From: Mobula hypostoma
Lineage: Eukaryota
DNA length: 64,000 bases
NCBI RefSeq assembly: GCF_963921235.1
Contig: NC_086108.1
Location: 51,214,001 to 51,278,000 of the forward strand
Direction: 5' to 3'
The notes below the pieces were generated by a model. That model was not told where the DNA came from. It made no database searches and saw only the letters and a list, made by a program, of their open reading frames with translations. Each line of letters begins with the position of its first letter. Position 1 is the first letter of the stretch. This document shows positions 12,076 through 24,706 of the stretch, piece by piece. The position numbers and the translations under genes are program-made.

Positions 12076-13248
12076 GTACCTCTTCCTATAGACGCTGCCT
12101 GGCCTGCTGTGTTCCACTAGCATTTTGTGTGTGTTGCTTGAATTTCCAGCATCTGCAGATTTCCTCTTGTTTGAGCAATGAAATAATGTATTTTGAACAA
12201 ACTATTTATTTTTCATATTTAGAAAGGAGTTAATCTATATCACGTCAAATCCGCAGACAAGGTCATATCATTAACCTCATTTTGATCTAGTTTGGTGCTT
12301 TGATTTACACATTTAAAATTCAAATGTTATTTAACAAAAAGATTTACTGCAAACCACTGCTTTGTGCATTTCTGTGACAAATTTGACCAATCTCAGGATG
12401 ATTTTCATGTGATTTAGGCTATGCCATATCATGCAAATAAAAAGTTTCCATGCTGCTGCCTATATCTACTCTTGTAATTGAATTTTGCTTATAAATCTGA
12501 CAGCAACAGAATACTATTGTGGTAATCAGTTCATGGTGGGGAGGGTGTTGCCCTGAAGACAAGTCAGGTGTACAATCAGAACAGAGTAGACAATATATCC
12601 TCACAAACGTATATAACGGCATCAAACTTCCCAAAATGCAATACCTCACATCTATCTGGATTGAAAGCCATATTGCAATTCTCAGCCCAAATGCCTAGCT
12701 GATCAAGATCCTCCTGTAATTTTTCATATCCTTCTACACTCTCAAGACCACCACCTAATACACCTAAGACTGAAAAGAAAGATCACTTATGGAGAAGCTG
12801 TAAAAATGTCAACAGAACAGAATAATGCTCCTAATGAACAGGGAGCAATAGGGATGTGAGAGCTGCAACAAAGAACAAATGACAGGATTTATGTAGACAA
12901 AAAGGCTCTAGTAACATTCATTGCAGGAGTGATTAATAGTACGGCTGAGGTAAAGTCAAAAAGTGATAAAATTCAGCTGGTGGTCAAAGCAGCAGTGAAT
13001 GATTTAGGGTTAGTAGGACTGACGTGGGAAGAAGTGAGGGAGAACCTCACTAATCAGTCAAGCCAGGAAGTGTCATGAGTTGGCTAATACTAATTTTGGT
13101 GATTCTTTTGCAATGGAATGCAAGGAGCTTACTGGCCAATAGCCAGGAATTCAAGCACTTTATTAAAGAAATGGTTGTAAACCGGATATAGTATGTATTC
13201 AGGAAACTTGGTTGAAACCAACTTTAGACTTTGTGGTGTATGGGTACA

Positions 13249-14077
13249 CAGGTGTCCCCCGCTTTTCGAACGTTCGCTTTACGAAACCTCACTGTTACGA
13301 AAGAGCTACATTAGTTCCCTGTTTTCGCTAACAGAAGGTGTTTTCACTGTTACGAAGAAAGGCAGCGCGCGAAAAAAATTAGCGTGTGATAAAAGGCAGC
13401 GCGCGCCCCAAGCAGCCGCTCCTCTGATTTCCCCTCTGATCTGGGCTGACATTTACATGCTGGGCGGCACCTAATTAATTAGCTTGTTTATTTCGGCTTT
13501 GTGCTGTGTGCCTCCCGGCTACCGCTGCATTCTCCGCGGATCGGTATCATTTCGCTTCGCTGCCTGGAGGGTGGGGGCCACTGCACCACCCAAACTCCAA
13601 CGTTCAGTCTAACACACCATCATCAGTGTGCTCGGCAAGCTGTCTTCCCGATTCCCGTAAGTGATACTACACTGTACATACATTATTTCTACTTTATATA
13701 GGCTGTGTATTTTTATGTGTTATTTGGTATGATTTGGCAGTTTCATAGCTTAAAGGTTACTAGAGAGAGTGTTTTTGCCAACAGCGCTTGCGTGAGATTT
13801 TCACTACGGAGAACAGTTCAGGCAATGATTGTGGAAACGTATTTCTACTTTATATAGGCTGCGTATTTATCATATCATTCTTGCTTTTACTATACGTTAC
13901 TGTTATTTTAGGTTTTATGTGTTATTTGGCATGATTTGGTAGGTTATTTTTGTGTCTGCGAACGCTCACAAAATTTTCCCATATAAATAAATCGTAATTG
14001 CTTCTTTGCTTTACGACATTCCGGCTTACGAACCGTTTCATAGGAACGCTCTACCTTCGGATGGTGGGGGAAACCTG
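13249..14077 (+). mobile_element. Tigger/pogo-like non-autonomous copy 3 (829 bp, MITE-like) inside the LINE endonuclease
   Basis: CAGGTGTCCCCCGC...GGGGGAAACCTG followed by TA (left flank reads CA). Interrupts VVYGY|TMIRKDR. Confidence 0.88.
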
Positions 14078-17000
14078 TACAATGATAAGGAAAGATAGAA
14101 TTCTAGGGGGAGAAGGGGGTTGTGCAATGTTAATCAAACAAGGTATACCATAGAGGATATTGGAAAAAGGAGATGATCAGGAATACATTGTGGTGGAAGT
14201 GTGGGAGAGAGGGGAGGGAGTGATTATAATTAACTACTACAATCCATGTAAAAGGTTGGATTTGGACAGCCTATTAAGGATACAAGGACAAAACAGACAA
14301 AGTAGGATGGTGTGCAGATTTCAATGCTCATAGCACAATATGGGGGGATACGATTACAGATTCAAATGGAAAGGTAATTAAAGATTTGATGGAAGGAAGG
14401 GATTTGGTGTGTATGAATGATAGTAGAGGAATAAGGATAAACTTAACAACAGGAACTAAGTCAGTATTAGATATTACGTTAGTGTCTAATACGTTGGCTG
14501 GCGTTAGTAACTGGGGAGTTTGGACTGTTTAAGCAGTGGGCAGTGATCACTACCCAGTTTTATGTTCAGCGGGTGAAATAATTGAAGTAAGACCAGGTGA
14601 TGGAATCCCAAAGTGGGTGCTTGGAAAAGCAGATTGGGCTAAGTTCCAGAAGTTGAGTGAAGAGGCATTGACAGAGATTGACATTTCTGGAAATACAGAT
14701 GAATTAAACAGTCAGGTGACTTCAGCAATTATTATGGCAGCAGAAGGATCTATACCCAGGAATAAAAATAGGATGAATAGATAACTGGTACCATGGTGGA
14801 CAGAGGAATGTCAGGCTGTAAAAAACAGAAACAGAGCATTCAGGCTAGTTAAAAGAACCCATAATATGCAGCACTTGCCTCAATATAAGAAGGCACAGGC
14901 AGTGGTGAAAAGAACTATACGTCAAGCTAAAAGGGGAAGTTGGAGGAGTTTTTGCAACAAAATAGGAAGAACAACACCTGTAGGAGAGGTATGGGGAATG
15001 ATTAAGAGGATGGGAGGAGATAGAAGGGAATGGGAATATCCAGTAATGATATCTGAGGAGGAAACGGCAGTCTCCAGTAGGGATAAGGCTGAGATCATGG
15101 CCAAGTTGTTTGTACAGATACACAGTTCAGAAAATTTGTCTGAAGAAGGGAGAAGGAGAAGAGAAAGAACAATGAATCAACACCTAGATGTATTAAACAG
15201 GAGGGAAGAAACAGATGATATAATTGATGATCCATTTACGCTGGCAGAAATGGTGAGAGCAATAAAGAGGTCGAGACCAACCTCCCCAGGGAAAGATCTG
15301 ATATGCTACGTTAAAAAAATCTAGAAGGAGCGCTCTTGAAGTTGCTGCATTTTTATAACAGAATGTGGCAGGAGGGCAGATTACCAAGTGCATGGAAAGA
15401 AGCAGTAGTAATTCCAATAAGGAAACCTGACAAGGATCCGTCAAAACCCACTAGCTACAGACCGATAGCACTAACATCAAATATATGTAAAATAATGGAA
15501 AGGATGATAACAGAAAGGTTATCGTATGAGCTTGAGAAGAGAGGAATGCTGGCAAGTTACCAGAGTGGTTTTAGGAAGGGAAGGAATTCCATGGACTCAG
15601 TGATAAGGTTAGAGACTGAAATAAGAAAGGCCCAGTCAAATAAAGAGTCAGTAGTTGCATTGCTTTTTGACATCGAAAACTCTATGGTATGATGTGGAAG
15701 GAAGGACTGTTAATTAAACTGCACAAGATGGGGGCTGGTGGGAGAGTTTTTAATTGGATTAAAGATTTTTTGTTTGGTAGAAAAATTCACGTTCGGATTG
15801 GATCAGAATTATCAAACCAGTACATAGTGGGAAATGGCACACCTCAAGGTAGTGTGTCTAGCCCATTACTTTTCATCATTATGATCAATGATATCTTCAC
15901 AAAGGCATCAGTGGATATAGGTAGGTCACTGTTTGCGGATGATGGGGCCTTGTGGACAGGAGGCAGAAACATGGAGCATATGGTCAGGAAACTACAAGGA
16001 GCAATTGATGAAGTGGTGGAGTGGGGTTATGATCTGGGATGTAGATTTTCAGTAGAAAAAACTCAAACTGTATTTTTCACCATGAAAAGAACTGAGGTAG
16101 GGAAGAAGTTAAGGATGTATGGGACTGAATTAGAAAGGGTTGGATCATTTAAATTTCTGGGAGTTATATTTGATTCATGATTAACATGGTTATATGATCA
16201 CCATATCAGGAAAGTTGAGGAGAAATGTAAAAAAGTAATAAATGTGACGAGATGTTTGACTGGTAGGGAATGGGGAGCAAGTTGTTCAGCGTTGAAGAGA
16301 ATGTATGTGGCTTTAGTAAGATCTGTGTTGGACTATGGAAATATAGCATATGGATCAGCAGCTAGGTCTCTTATAAGGAAACTGGATGTGATTCAGTCTC
16401 AGGCTTTGAGAGTGTGCAGTGGGGCTTTTAAGACATCACCAGTATCAGCCCTACAAGTAGAAATGGGAGTAACGCCTTTGGAACTAAGAACGATGTAATT
16501 GACAGCAAACTACTGGGCTAATTTGCAGGGACACAATGATTCTCACCCTGCAAAAGAAGTGTTGTAGGAGTGCTGGGAAAATGGGAGGTTTCAGAGGGAT
16601 AACGTTAGTCAGGTAAGGAATGATATTGTTACAGAATGTGGAGTGTTTGATCTAAGGATAAGTCCTTCAGTAGTTTATCCGATTGTAGCTCCATGGAAGC
16701 TTGTATGGCCTGACATAGACTGGCATTTGTTAAAGGTGAAAAGGAAAGGAAAATATAAAACTGATTTGATGAGTGCATTTAACTGTCATGTGATGGAAAA
16801 TACAGTGATTATACTCAGATTTATACGGATGGTGCTAAGGAACCTGAAACAGGAGTGACAGGGTTTGGGGTGGCTATACCAGCAAAAGAAATTGGAATCA
16901 GCAGAAGAACATCTAATAAATTAGAGGTGTATACAGTGGAGATGCTGGCATTGTTGGTTGTGTTGCGATCGGTGGAGAAAGCTAGACAAGTCAAAGTTTG

Positions 17001-17135
17001 ATATGCTCAGAGTCATCCTCAGTTCTAGCAAGTTTAAGGTCTTTTCACTCAAACAGTCGGCAAGATGTACTTTATGAAGTCCTTCAGTCAGTCACAAGAA
17101 TTGCAAATCAGGGAGGTCAGGTAAAATTTTTATGG

Positions 17136-17999
17136 TGTTACGTACCCCGTAACTGGGTTGCCAAACCAGCAGAAATGGATCACTCAGTTGGAGTCTGGAG
17201 TACTAGAACTAAGAAAGTTTTATTAAAGAAACAAGCAACACAGTAATCGAAAGGATAATAAATGCAACAGTTCAGCAATGATAAACACACATGTGCACAG
17301 AATTAAGATAACAGCATCAATCAAGCACTATCGTTGTCTAGGGGTAAATGACCAAATTTCAAAGTGACTCAAAGTTCAGTCCAGTTTAGTAGTTCAGTTC
17401 GCAGTAATCGTTGCCATGGCGATGGACAACGTGGGGGAAGAGAGAGAGAGAACAGGAACAACTGATCATTCAGACACGGCTTCACTCACAGACCGGCCGG
17501 ATGGCTCACAAGCAGCTTTTTGGGCGGGTCCTTGGTGATGTCACCTGAGGTCACCGACTGTGACCCCTCCTCCAGATGCGGTCGATCCTCTGCAGTGAAC
17601 CCGGCACCCAGGCAAGGGTGGACACACACCGGGTTCCCGCTGATCGTACCTTTCCACCCTGGCCGTTGTCTGGTACTTCCCACCGACTCGTGAGAAGCGT
17701 ACCGCTTCCAGGGTCTCATTACCTCGGGTGGCGTGTGTGTCTTGCCTTAGCGAACCGGTCCCTTTTTATCCCCCTGCTGGGGTATCGCCTGTCCATCACT
17801 TCAAACAGTTCAAAGTTCAAAGGGGGCAGCCGCTCCAGACAGCTCTCTCTCCCCCGTCCCTTCATTACACATCTCCAGACGCTGCTCCATTGTTCCTTAT
17901 CTCTCCTTCCCCAGAGGGCAGGTGGCAGACCACTTGCTGATGTCACTGATGCTAACCTAGGCCAGCAAACATCTTAATTTTATGTGTATTCTCGTCACA
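17136..17999 (-). mobile_element. Solo LTR (864 bp; Gypsy-like or ERV) inserted in the LINE RNase H domain
   Basis: TGTTACG...CGTCACA termini and a 4-bp TSD ATGG (17132-17135, 18000-18003). Removal restores KFLWVPAHVG. Minus-strand AATAAA near 17220 and a TATA-like gataaaaagg near 17765 suggest the orientation. Confidence 0.88.
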
Positions 18000-18726
18000 A
18001 TGGGTTCCAGCACATGTAGGGGTGAAGGGGAATGACAGGGTGGATGAGTCAGCAAAGAGAGCGTTAAAGAAAGAAAATATAGAAATGCACATTAGTATCA
18101 GTAAAGCAGAGGTTAAGTGTGTAATCTGGGGAAAAAAATCAACCAAATGTGGCAAGAAAGATGGGACAGGGAGGGGAAAGGGAGGCATTTATATCAAATA
18201 CAAAAAAGTGTTGCAGGTACTAGGGTAGGTGGTGGATACAGAAGAGAGGAAACTGTGTGGACTAAGTTAAGGCTGGGGCACTGTACATTAAACAAAACAT
18301 TGAAAATGATAGGGAAACACCAGACAGGATTTTGTGTGTCAAGAAGAGGAGTCAGTAGGATATGTAGTTCTGAGTTGCAGGAAGTTTGGGATACAGAAAG
18401 AGATGATGATAAACAATCTAAGGGAATTGGGGGTGCAGGAATTCACATTAAAAGGGTTGCTGGGTATGGGTGAGAGAGCACAGCTCAGGGTATTTTTAGC
18501 TTTCTCAAGGGGTACAGGGTTTTTTTTTATAGGATATGACGGATAAGAGGGAATAGGGTACTAGGATGGCCAAAGATAGGAGGATAAAATGTAGGTTAGG
18601 GTATGTGTGTGTGTATGAATGGGTGGAGGAACTTGGAATGTAAGTCTATTGCACACACCGGACGGAGCAGAAGGTGGCGGTAATATACCATTAAGCTGGG
18701 TGCCAACCACTGTAAAACAGGAAGAC

Positions 18727-18873
18727 CACCACCTATTTTTAGTAATATCCTCAAACTTTCTAACAATATACATACGCGTGTGTGCGCACATATGGAGATG
18801 GGTGCGTATATGGATGGGCGCACATGTATGTATATCGTTAGAAAATTTGAGGATATTACTAAATCAGGTGGTG
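18727..18873. repeat. Inverted repeat (about 48-bp arms); centre of a CR1-derived foldback split by the Nimb-like LINE
   Basis: tttagtaatatcctcaaactttctaacaatatacatac against gtatgtatatcgttagaaaatttgaggatattactaaa (36 of 38 complementary). The right arm continues as the CR1 RT-like peptide KFEDITKSGG. Confidence 0.85.
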
Positions 18874-19054
18874 CTCTACAGAGTGTAGAAGGTTATGAAA
18901 AACAACAAGAGAATCTTCATCAGTTAGGTATCTGGGCTAAGGATATAAATAATATTTTAATATTAAAGTCTATTGACTACTCTTTATCATATCAGAATAT
19001 TTTTCTCCTTGCCCTCAGTTGCACCTAATTACATAGTATCCTCACTGACAGATC

Positions 19055-19918
19055 TGTGGATTCCGATTATTCGGCACACATCCAGACCATTGCATTTTGG
19101 CCCAATTAAGTAGCTGGCCCAATTAAGTAGCTGCCCCAATTAGCCAAAGTTTCATGGAAATAGTTTAAAAACCAAAAACTGTTTAACTGAGTAACAAATT
19201 ATGTATTTAAATGAAATACAGAACAAATTGGGGCACTGTCGATATGACTACACTAATATAAAAGTCTATTAGCTCCCAACAGTTATCAACAGAGGAAATG
19301 ATAGTGTGTGCTGCCATGTTCTTTTGATTGTAAGTGAATAAAATCAGTGCAGACACCTAGTGCAGATAATAAACTGCCTTCATTGCCTTCCTGCATGAAG
19401 TAGTGTCAAAAATCACTGCTTTTTAATTTGTAACTGACAAACATCCGAAACTGATGCTATTTAAAAATCTGTTCACACTAGTGCCCAAGACTGAAGCTAA
19501 TTAGAAACTGTTGCATCCTCCAAACTTAAATTTCCCTTGTAACATTCAAGATAACTGTCGATACCTTCATAATTCCTAACTTGAATTAGTGAAATCATAT
19601 CATTTTCACTCCCTCTGTTTCTGGACTGAATGCTTGAAATCACAGCGAGCAAAACAGCTCAGTTTTACTGCCTATTTCTCGCCAACTTACCAGTGACAGA
19701 AATCACAACTTTTTGAACACAAACACATGCAACTGATGTTATTTAAAAATTGTTTGCTCTAATCACAGTGTGGTGTCTAATGGCCACACAAGTGTGCACA
19801 ATTGACACTAGTTACAAACTGCTTGACAACAGTCTCCTGCCCCAATTAAGTGTCATAGTGTCTCAAACAAACAAAGGGAATTCCGGCTATTTTCTCAATT
19901 AGCTTTTGTCCTTTAAGA
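19055..19918. mobile_element. Degraded non-autonomous DNA transposon (CAGTGGATTCC-ended, Tigger-like family 2)
   Basis: Begins gtggattcc with subterminal ggcccaattaag repeats; similar to 29281-30446 (opposite orientation) and 63472-63600. Confidence 0.6.
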
Positions 19919-19944
19919 GTATATATGTACATACACATACACAA

Positions 19945-21320
19945 ACAGAGCAAAAGTCTTAAGCACATGTAAAAAAATTCTGTAAAGTGAAGATGCTTTC
20001 AAGAATAATGAAATGAAAAGTTTCTAAATATCAAAACAAATACTATGAAGAGGAGTACACAGTAAAAAACAAGTAAATCAGTATTTGGTGTGACCACCCT
20101 TTGCTTTTAAAAACTGCATCAATTCTCTTAGGTACACTGTCATGCAGTTTTATAAGAAAACCATACGGTAGACTGTTTCAAGCATCTTGGAGAACTTACT
20201 ACAGTTCTTCAGATTTTGCCTTTCTCGCTTACTTCTGTTTCTCCAGGTAATCCCAGACAATGATTTTGAGATCAAGCCTCTGGAGGCCATAGCATCTGTT
20301 GTAGAACTGCTCGTTCTTCTTTTCACTGAACATAGTTCTCTGTGACCTTGGCCATGTGTTTGGGGGTCATTGTCCTGCTGCAGAATGAAGTTGGGGACTG
20401 ATCAGATGCCTCCCTGATGGTATTGTATGATGGATGAGAACCTGCTTGTATTTTTCAGCATTGAGGATTCAATTAATTCTCGCCAGTTCACCTACTCCAT
20501 TTGCAGGAATGCAGCCCCAAACGGGCAGGGAACCTCCAGTGTACTTCATTGCTGGCCTCAGACACTTACCATGTAGTGCCCTCTAGCACTTCCACAGACA
20601 AAATGCCTCCTACTTGAGTCAAAAATTTCGAATTTTGACTCATCAGTCCAGAGCAGTAGCTGCCATAGTTCAGCACCCCAGTCTTGGTGTTTTTCTGCAT
20701 AACTGAGTCTCTTGGCTTTGTTTCCACTTCAGAGCAATGACTTTTTGGCAGCAACTCTTCTACGAAGACTACTTCTGACAAGACTTCTCCAGACTGTTAA
20801 AGGGTGTACTTCAGTTCTAATGGTTTTTGAGACTTCAGAGCTGATAGCAGTGATGGGCTTCCGATTTAGAAGAGATGTCAATTTGATGTATCTCAATTTC
20901 CGTGGCTGACCACTGCATTTCTGGTCCTCAACTTCGACCGTTTTCTTGTGCTTCTTCAGAAAAGCTTGAACAGCACATCTTGAAACTCCTGTCGGCTGCA
21001 AAATTTCTGCTTGTAGAAACCTTGCTGGTATAGGATGATCACCTTGAGTCTTGTTGCTATGCTCACTCTTGCCATGGTGTAAGAATTGATGATTTGAAGG
21101 TTAAACTGTCACATCTGCCCACACGCTCAACTTTTAGGTTGGTTGTCCTTCACCCAGTTTGATTCCTTCTACACACATTTCTGCATCACTTACCAGCTTA
21201 GTTCATTCAACTCATTATGTCATTGATTAATAGCACCAGTTTGTTACCTGTGCTTAATTATGGCTATATACCTACAAAGTGATCCAGCTTTTATTTGAAA
21301 AGTGGTCTCTTACTTAAATA
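19945..21320 (-). mobile_element. Tc1-like transposon remnant
   Basis: GVSRCAVQAFLKKHKKTVEVEDQKCSGQPRK...TVWRSL...RRRVAAKK (paired-like DNA-binding region) plus WTDESKF and ILQQDNDP catalytic motifs; frameshifted. Confidence 0.8.
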
Positions 21321-21399
21321 TTATCTCTCTCTCTATATATATATATTTTTTTTTCTTTTTTCATATACTATATTATATTTTTTTTTAATTACAAACAAC

Positions 21400-22480
21400 A
21401 ACTAGTACTGACCTCTATGGCACACCCCTGGACACAAGCTTCCAGTCCAAGGAAAAACTCTCGACCATCACCCTCTACTTCCTACCACTCAGCCAACTAA
21501 AAATCTATTCTTCCATCTCCCCATGGTTCTTATGCAATCCAACTTCCCACTCAAGCCTGCCACAACCTTGCTGAAGTCCATTTAGAAAACATCCACTGCC
21601 TGAACCTTTTGGTTACCTCCTTGAAGAAATCCAAGAAATTTCTGCAATTTTCTGCAATTCACCTGCTGTGGCCATAGATGAAGCAAAATTCTCTGCAAGT
21701 ACCTCTGCAATTTCTTCTCAAGCTTTCCACTAGCGCTGATGAAGCACCATGTTTGGCCCTGGGGATTTATCTACCTTTACGCACTTCGAAGTCTCCTGTA
21801 CCTCCTCCCTGTTAATTTGTATGTAGTCCAAGACAACAGTACTCATTTCACCATTTCCTTCGCATCCATTATTTTCTCCGTAGTAAAACTTAAAGAGAAA
21901 CATTCATTAAAAATCTGCCCATTTCCTTTGGTTCTATACACAGACATCCATACTATTTTTTAAAGGAACATATTCCCTCATGGCCACTCTTCTACTCTTA
22001 CCAAACCTACAGAATCTCTTCGGATTTTGCATCACCTTGCCTGCCAGATCTTTCTCATATCCTCTTTTTAACCTCCTTATTTCCCTTTTAAATGCACTCA
22101 TATGAATCAATAGTTCCATTTAATATCAGAGAATGCATTCAATATACAACCTGAAATTCTTGGTCTTCGCAGACATCCACAAAAACAGCCATGCCCCAAA
22201 GAATGAGTGACAGTAAAAAACGTTAGAACCCCAAAGCCCCTCCATTCCCCCCACGCACAAAGAGCAAATAAGCCACCTCCCCTTCCCCACTTACTTCAGC
22301 AAAAAGTATCAGCACCCTCCACCCACCAAGCAAACAATAGCAAAGCCCCCAAGAAAGTCATCAAGAGATTCACTGGTTCCCAATTGCTTACATATAGCAT
22401 ATGCCTCCTTTTTCTTCACCAAAGCTTCAAAATCTTTTGTCAACCAGTGTTTCCTGAACCTGCCAGCCTTGCCCTTCACC
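21400..22480 (-). mobile_element. Degraded CR1 fragments
   Basis: KREIRRLKRGYEKDLAGKVMQNPKRFCRF and a GVP motif; mosaic, boundaries approximate. Confidence 0.6.
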
Positions 22481-22808
22481 CTAATAGTTATTTCCCCCAA
22501 GCAGTAAACTGATCAACACCTCCACCCACTAACCCACCCTTCCACAATCCCCATCACCACTCCTATATCATTTTCTGTCAGTTACCTTTTGTACAGACAC
22601 TCATATACCAAGCATTACATTATGGACATACAATCAACCTATGTATCAAATCTATCTTACGTACTTATATTTACTGTGTTTTTTTTAACCATTATGTTCT
22701 CTACGTTGTATTTTTTTTGGGCTGCATCTGATTAACAGTAACTATTATTTCATTCTTCTTTACATTTGTGTATTAGAAATCACATTAAACAATGTTGAAG
22801 AGGAACAT

Positions 22809-23046
22809 ACCCAAAACGCTGGAGGTACTCAGCAGGCCAGGCAGCATCTATGGAAAAGAGCAAATAGTCGATGCTTCAGGCTGAAACTCTTCATCAAGAC
22901 TGCATCATAAAAGATGCTGATGAAGGCTTTCAGCCCGAAATATTGACTGTTTACTTTTTTCCATAGATGCTGCCTGCCTGCTGAGTTCCTCCAGCATTTT
23001 ATGTGTGTATTGCTTGGATTTCCAGCATCTGCAGATTTTCTTGTCT
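22809..23046. mobile_element. 238-bp palindromic Penelope-derived mini-element (older), with degenerate hammerhead motifs
   Basis: Inverted arms around a gcatc-ataaaa-gatgc centre. CTGATGA...GAAA at 22917-22940 (+); degenerate mirror at 22866-22901 (-). Perfect TSD TTGAAGAGGAACAT at 22795-22808 and 23047-23060. Confidence 0.85.
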
Positions 23047-23099
23047 TTGAAGAGGAACATGCAGGCCACTAATTCTTGACATAAAGCAGATGCTACTTT

Positions 23100-23810
23100 C
23101 CCTACAAAAATCTCACCCAATCAACCACTGCAAAATCCCACCTACTGGCACCAAAATTTGCTCTGCTCCAGTTCAGGACTTTAACCTGTGAACTTGTCAT
23201 ACCGTTTCTATAACAATTTTAAAAGCAAAAGAAGTGCTCACCACATACCTCATTTCCCAGGAGGTGGTTGTTCAGTCTTGCACCCCCTCAAGTATATTGA
23301 TAAAGGAAGCTTCCCTGGGCACACATCATAAATTCCACTCTGTCCAAACTTTTCAAACTATGGTTGCCAGTCAGTATTACAGAACTTAAAATCTCCCACC
23401 AATCCTACCCTATTGCGTTTAAAACCACAACTGCAATCTCTCTAAATACTCTATCTGCTCCTCCAGTTTCTAATGCCCATTGGGAACATATAATATAATC
23501 CCATCAGAGTGATCATCCCCTTCTTATTTCTAAATTCTACCCACATAGTTCACTGGATAATCCCCCAAGAATATCCTAATGACCATTGTTATGTTCTCTT
23601 CTATCAGGAAGGCCACTTCTCCTCTTCTCTAGCCTGCTCCTCCTTTGTCAAGCCTGCAGCATCTGTATTGCGGGATACTGAGCTGTCAGTTCTGTCCTTC
23701 CCTCAACCATGTTTTTGTCGTGGCTATGATATACCATATCCCAGAACCAATCCACACCAAGTTCATCAGCCTTACTTATCAAGCCTCTTGCATTAAAATA
23801 AATGCAGTTT
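23100..23810 (-). mobile_element. Degraded CR1 endonuclease-region fragment
   Basis: Minus-strand LVGDFKF-like motif; similar to the fragment at about 2750-3420. Confidence 0.5.
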
Positions 23811-24460
23811 GAACCTCTCGTCTTTTCTCTCCCTTTACTGTACTCCTGTCTATCCCAACTAAATTAACCACAGTATTATTCCCAATTTTTCATCAGCCAC
23901 TCTACTGCTCAGGTACTGCGGTGGGTTAAAACAGCTACTGACTCAAACATTAATCAACAAAATGCAATTTACCAATTTTAGCAACTGAGCTGAATGAATG
24001 ACCTTTGGTTAAAGTCTATTCTGTTGGTTCCTTGAATACTTTTGGTTAAACTGAAGAAAAGGCCATGACAGCAGAATTCATGAATTTATCTAACCAAAAT
24101 CTCTTTGATTTCAATTTGACACATCATTCTTCCCTACTAATTTCCAAGATCACTTGGGCAGCAGTTAAGTAATAATACTTCTGGATGTAAACTAAAAAGG
24201 ATGTTAATGTGAAATCAAAATGGTTCAGCAACTTTTCATAATAAAAAGTCACAGTACTGAATATCAAAACCCATCCCCAATTGAAAATTCACATCACTTT
24301 AACAAGGACTTATAAGGATTTGTAGGGACTCGATCGCAGAATGTTAATTAAAGAGATCAAAACATTCCTAAGTTTGTACATTTCGCCACAAATAGCATAA
24401 CAAGAGACGTCTGCAAATCTTTATGGTTGCTAGTTGTAATTACTTATGTAACAAAGACTA

Positions 24461-24706
<246 letters not shown>

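Larger units (their letters stand above)
7045..12173. mobile_element. Penelope-like retroelement (RT + GIY-YIG), inactive, with inverted tail-out arms and a 13-bp TSD
   Basis: Plus arm (about 10000-12173) has RT motifs FTMDAQSLYTSIP, QTKGVAMGT and YIDD, then GIY-YIG (CESAGVIYC...LYIGET...RLGDRFAEHL) and a 3' terminal repeat. Minus arm (7045 to about 9960) repeats the GIY-YIG and terminal repeat. AGCAATGAAATAA at 7032-7044 and 12174-12186. Confidence 0.9.
12758..18721 (+). mobile_element. RNase H-containing LINE (I clade, Nimb-like), 5'-truncated in ORF1, ORF2 disrupted
   Basis: APE endonuclease (QWNARSL, CIQETWL, GSDHYP), RT (YRPIALTS, QSGFR, GTPQGS, LFADD), RNase H (IYTDG, WVPAHVGVKGND) and a C-terminal Cys region. 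TSD AAGACCACCACCTA at 12744-12757 and 18722-18735. Confidence 0.88.

Noticed and set aside
9722..12120. Several 60-170-aa ORFs repeated on opposite strands
   Set aside because: By-products of the inverted Penelope arms and low-complexity purine/pyrimidine tracts, not independent genes.
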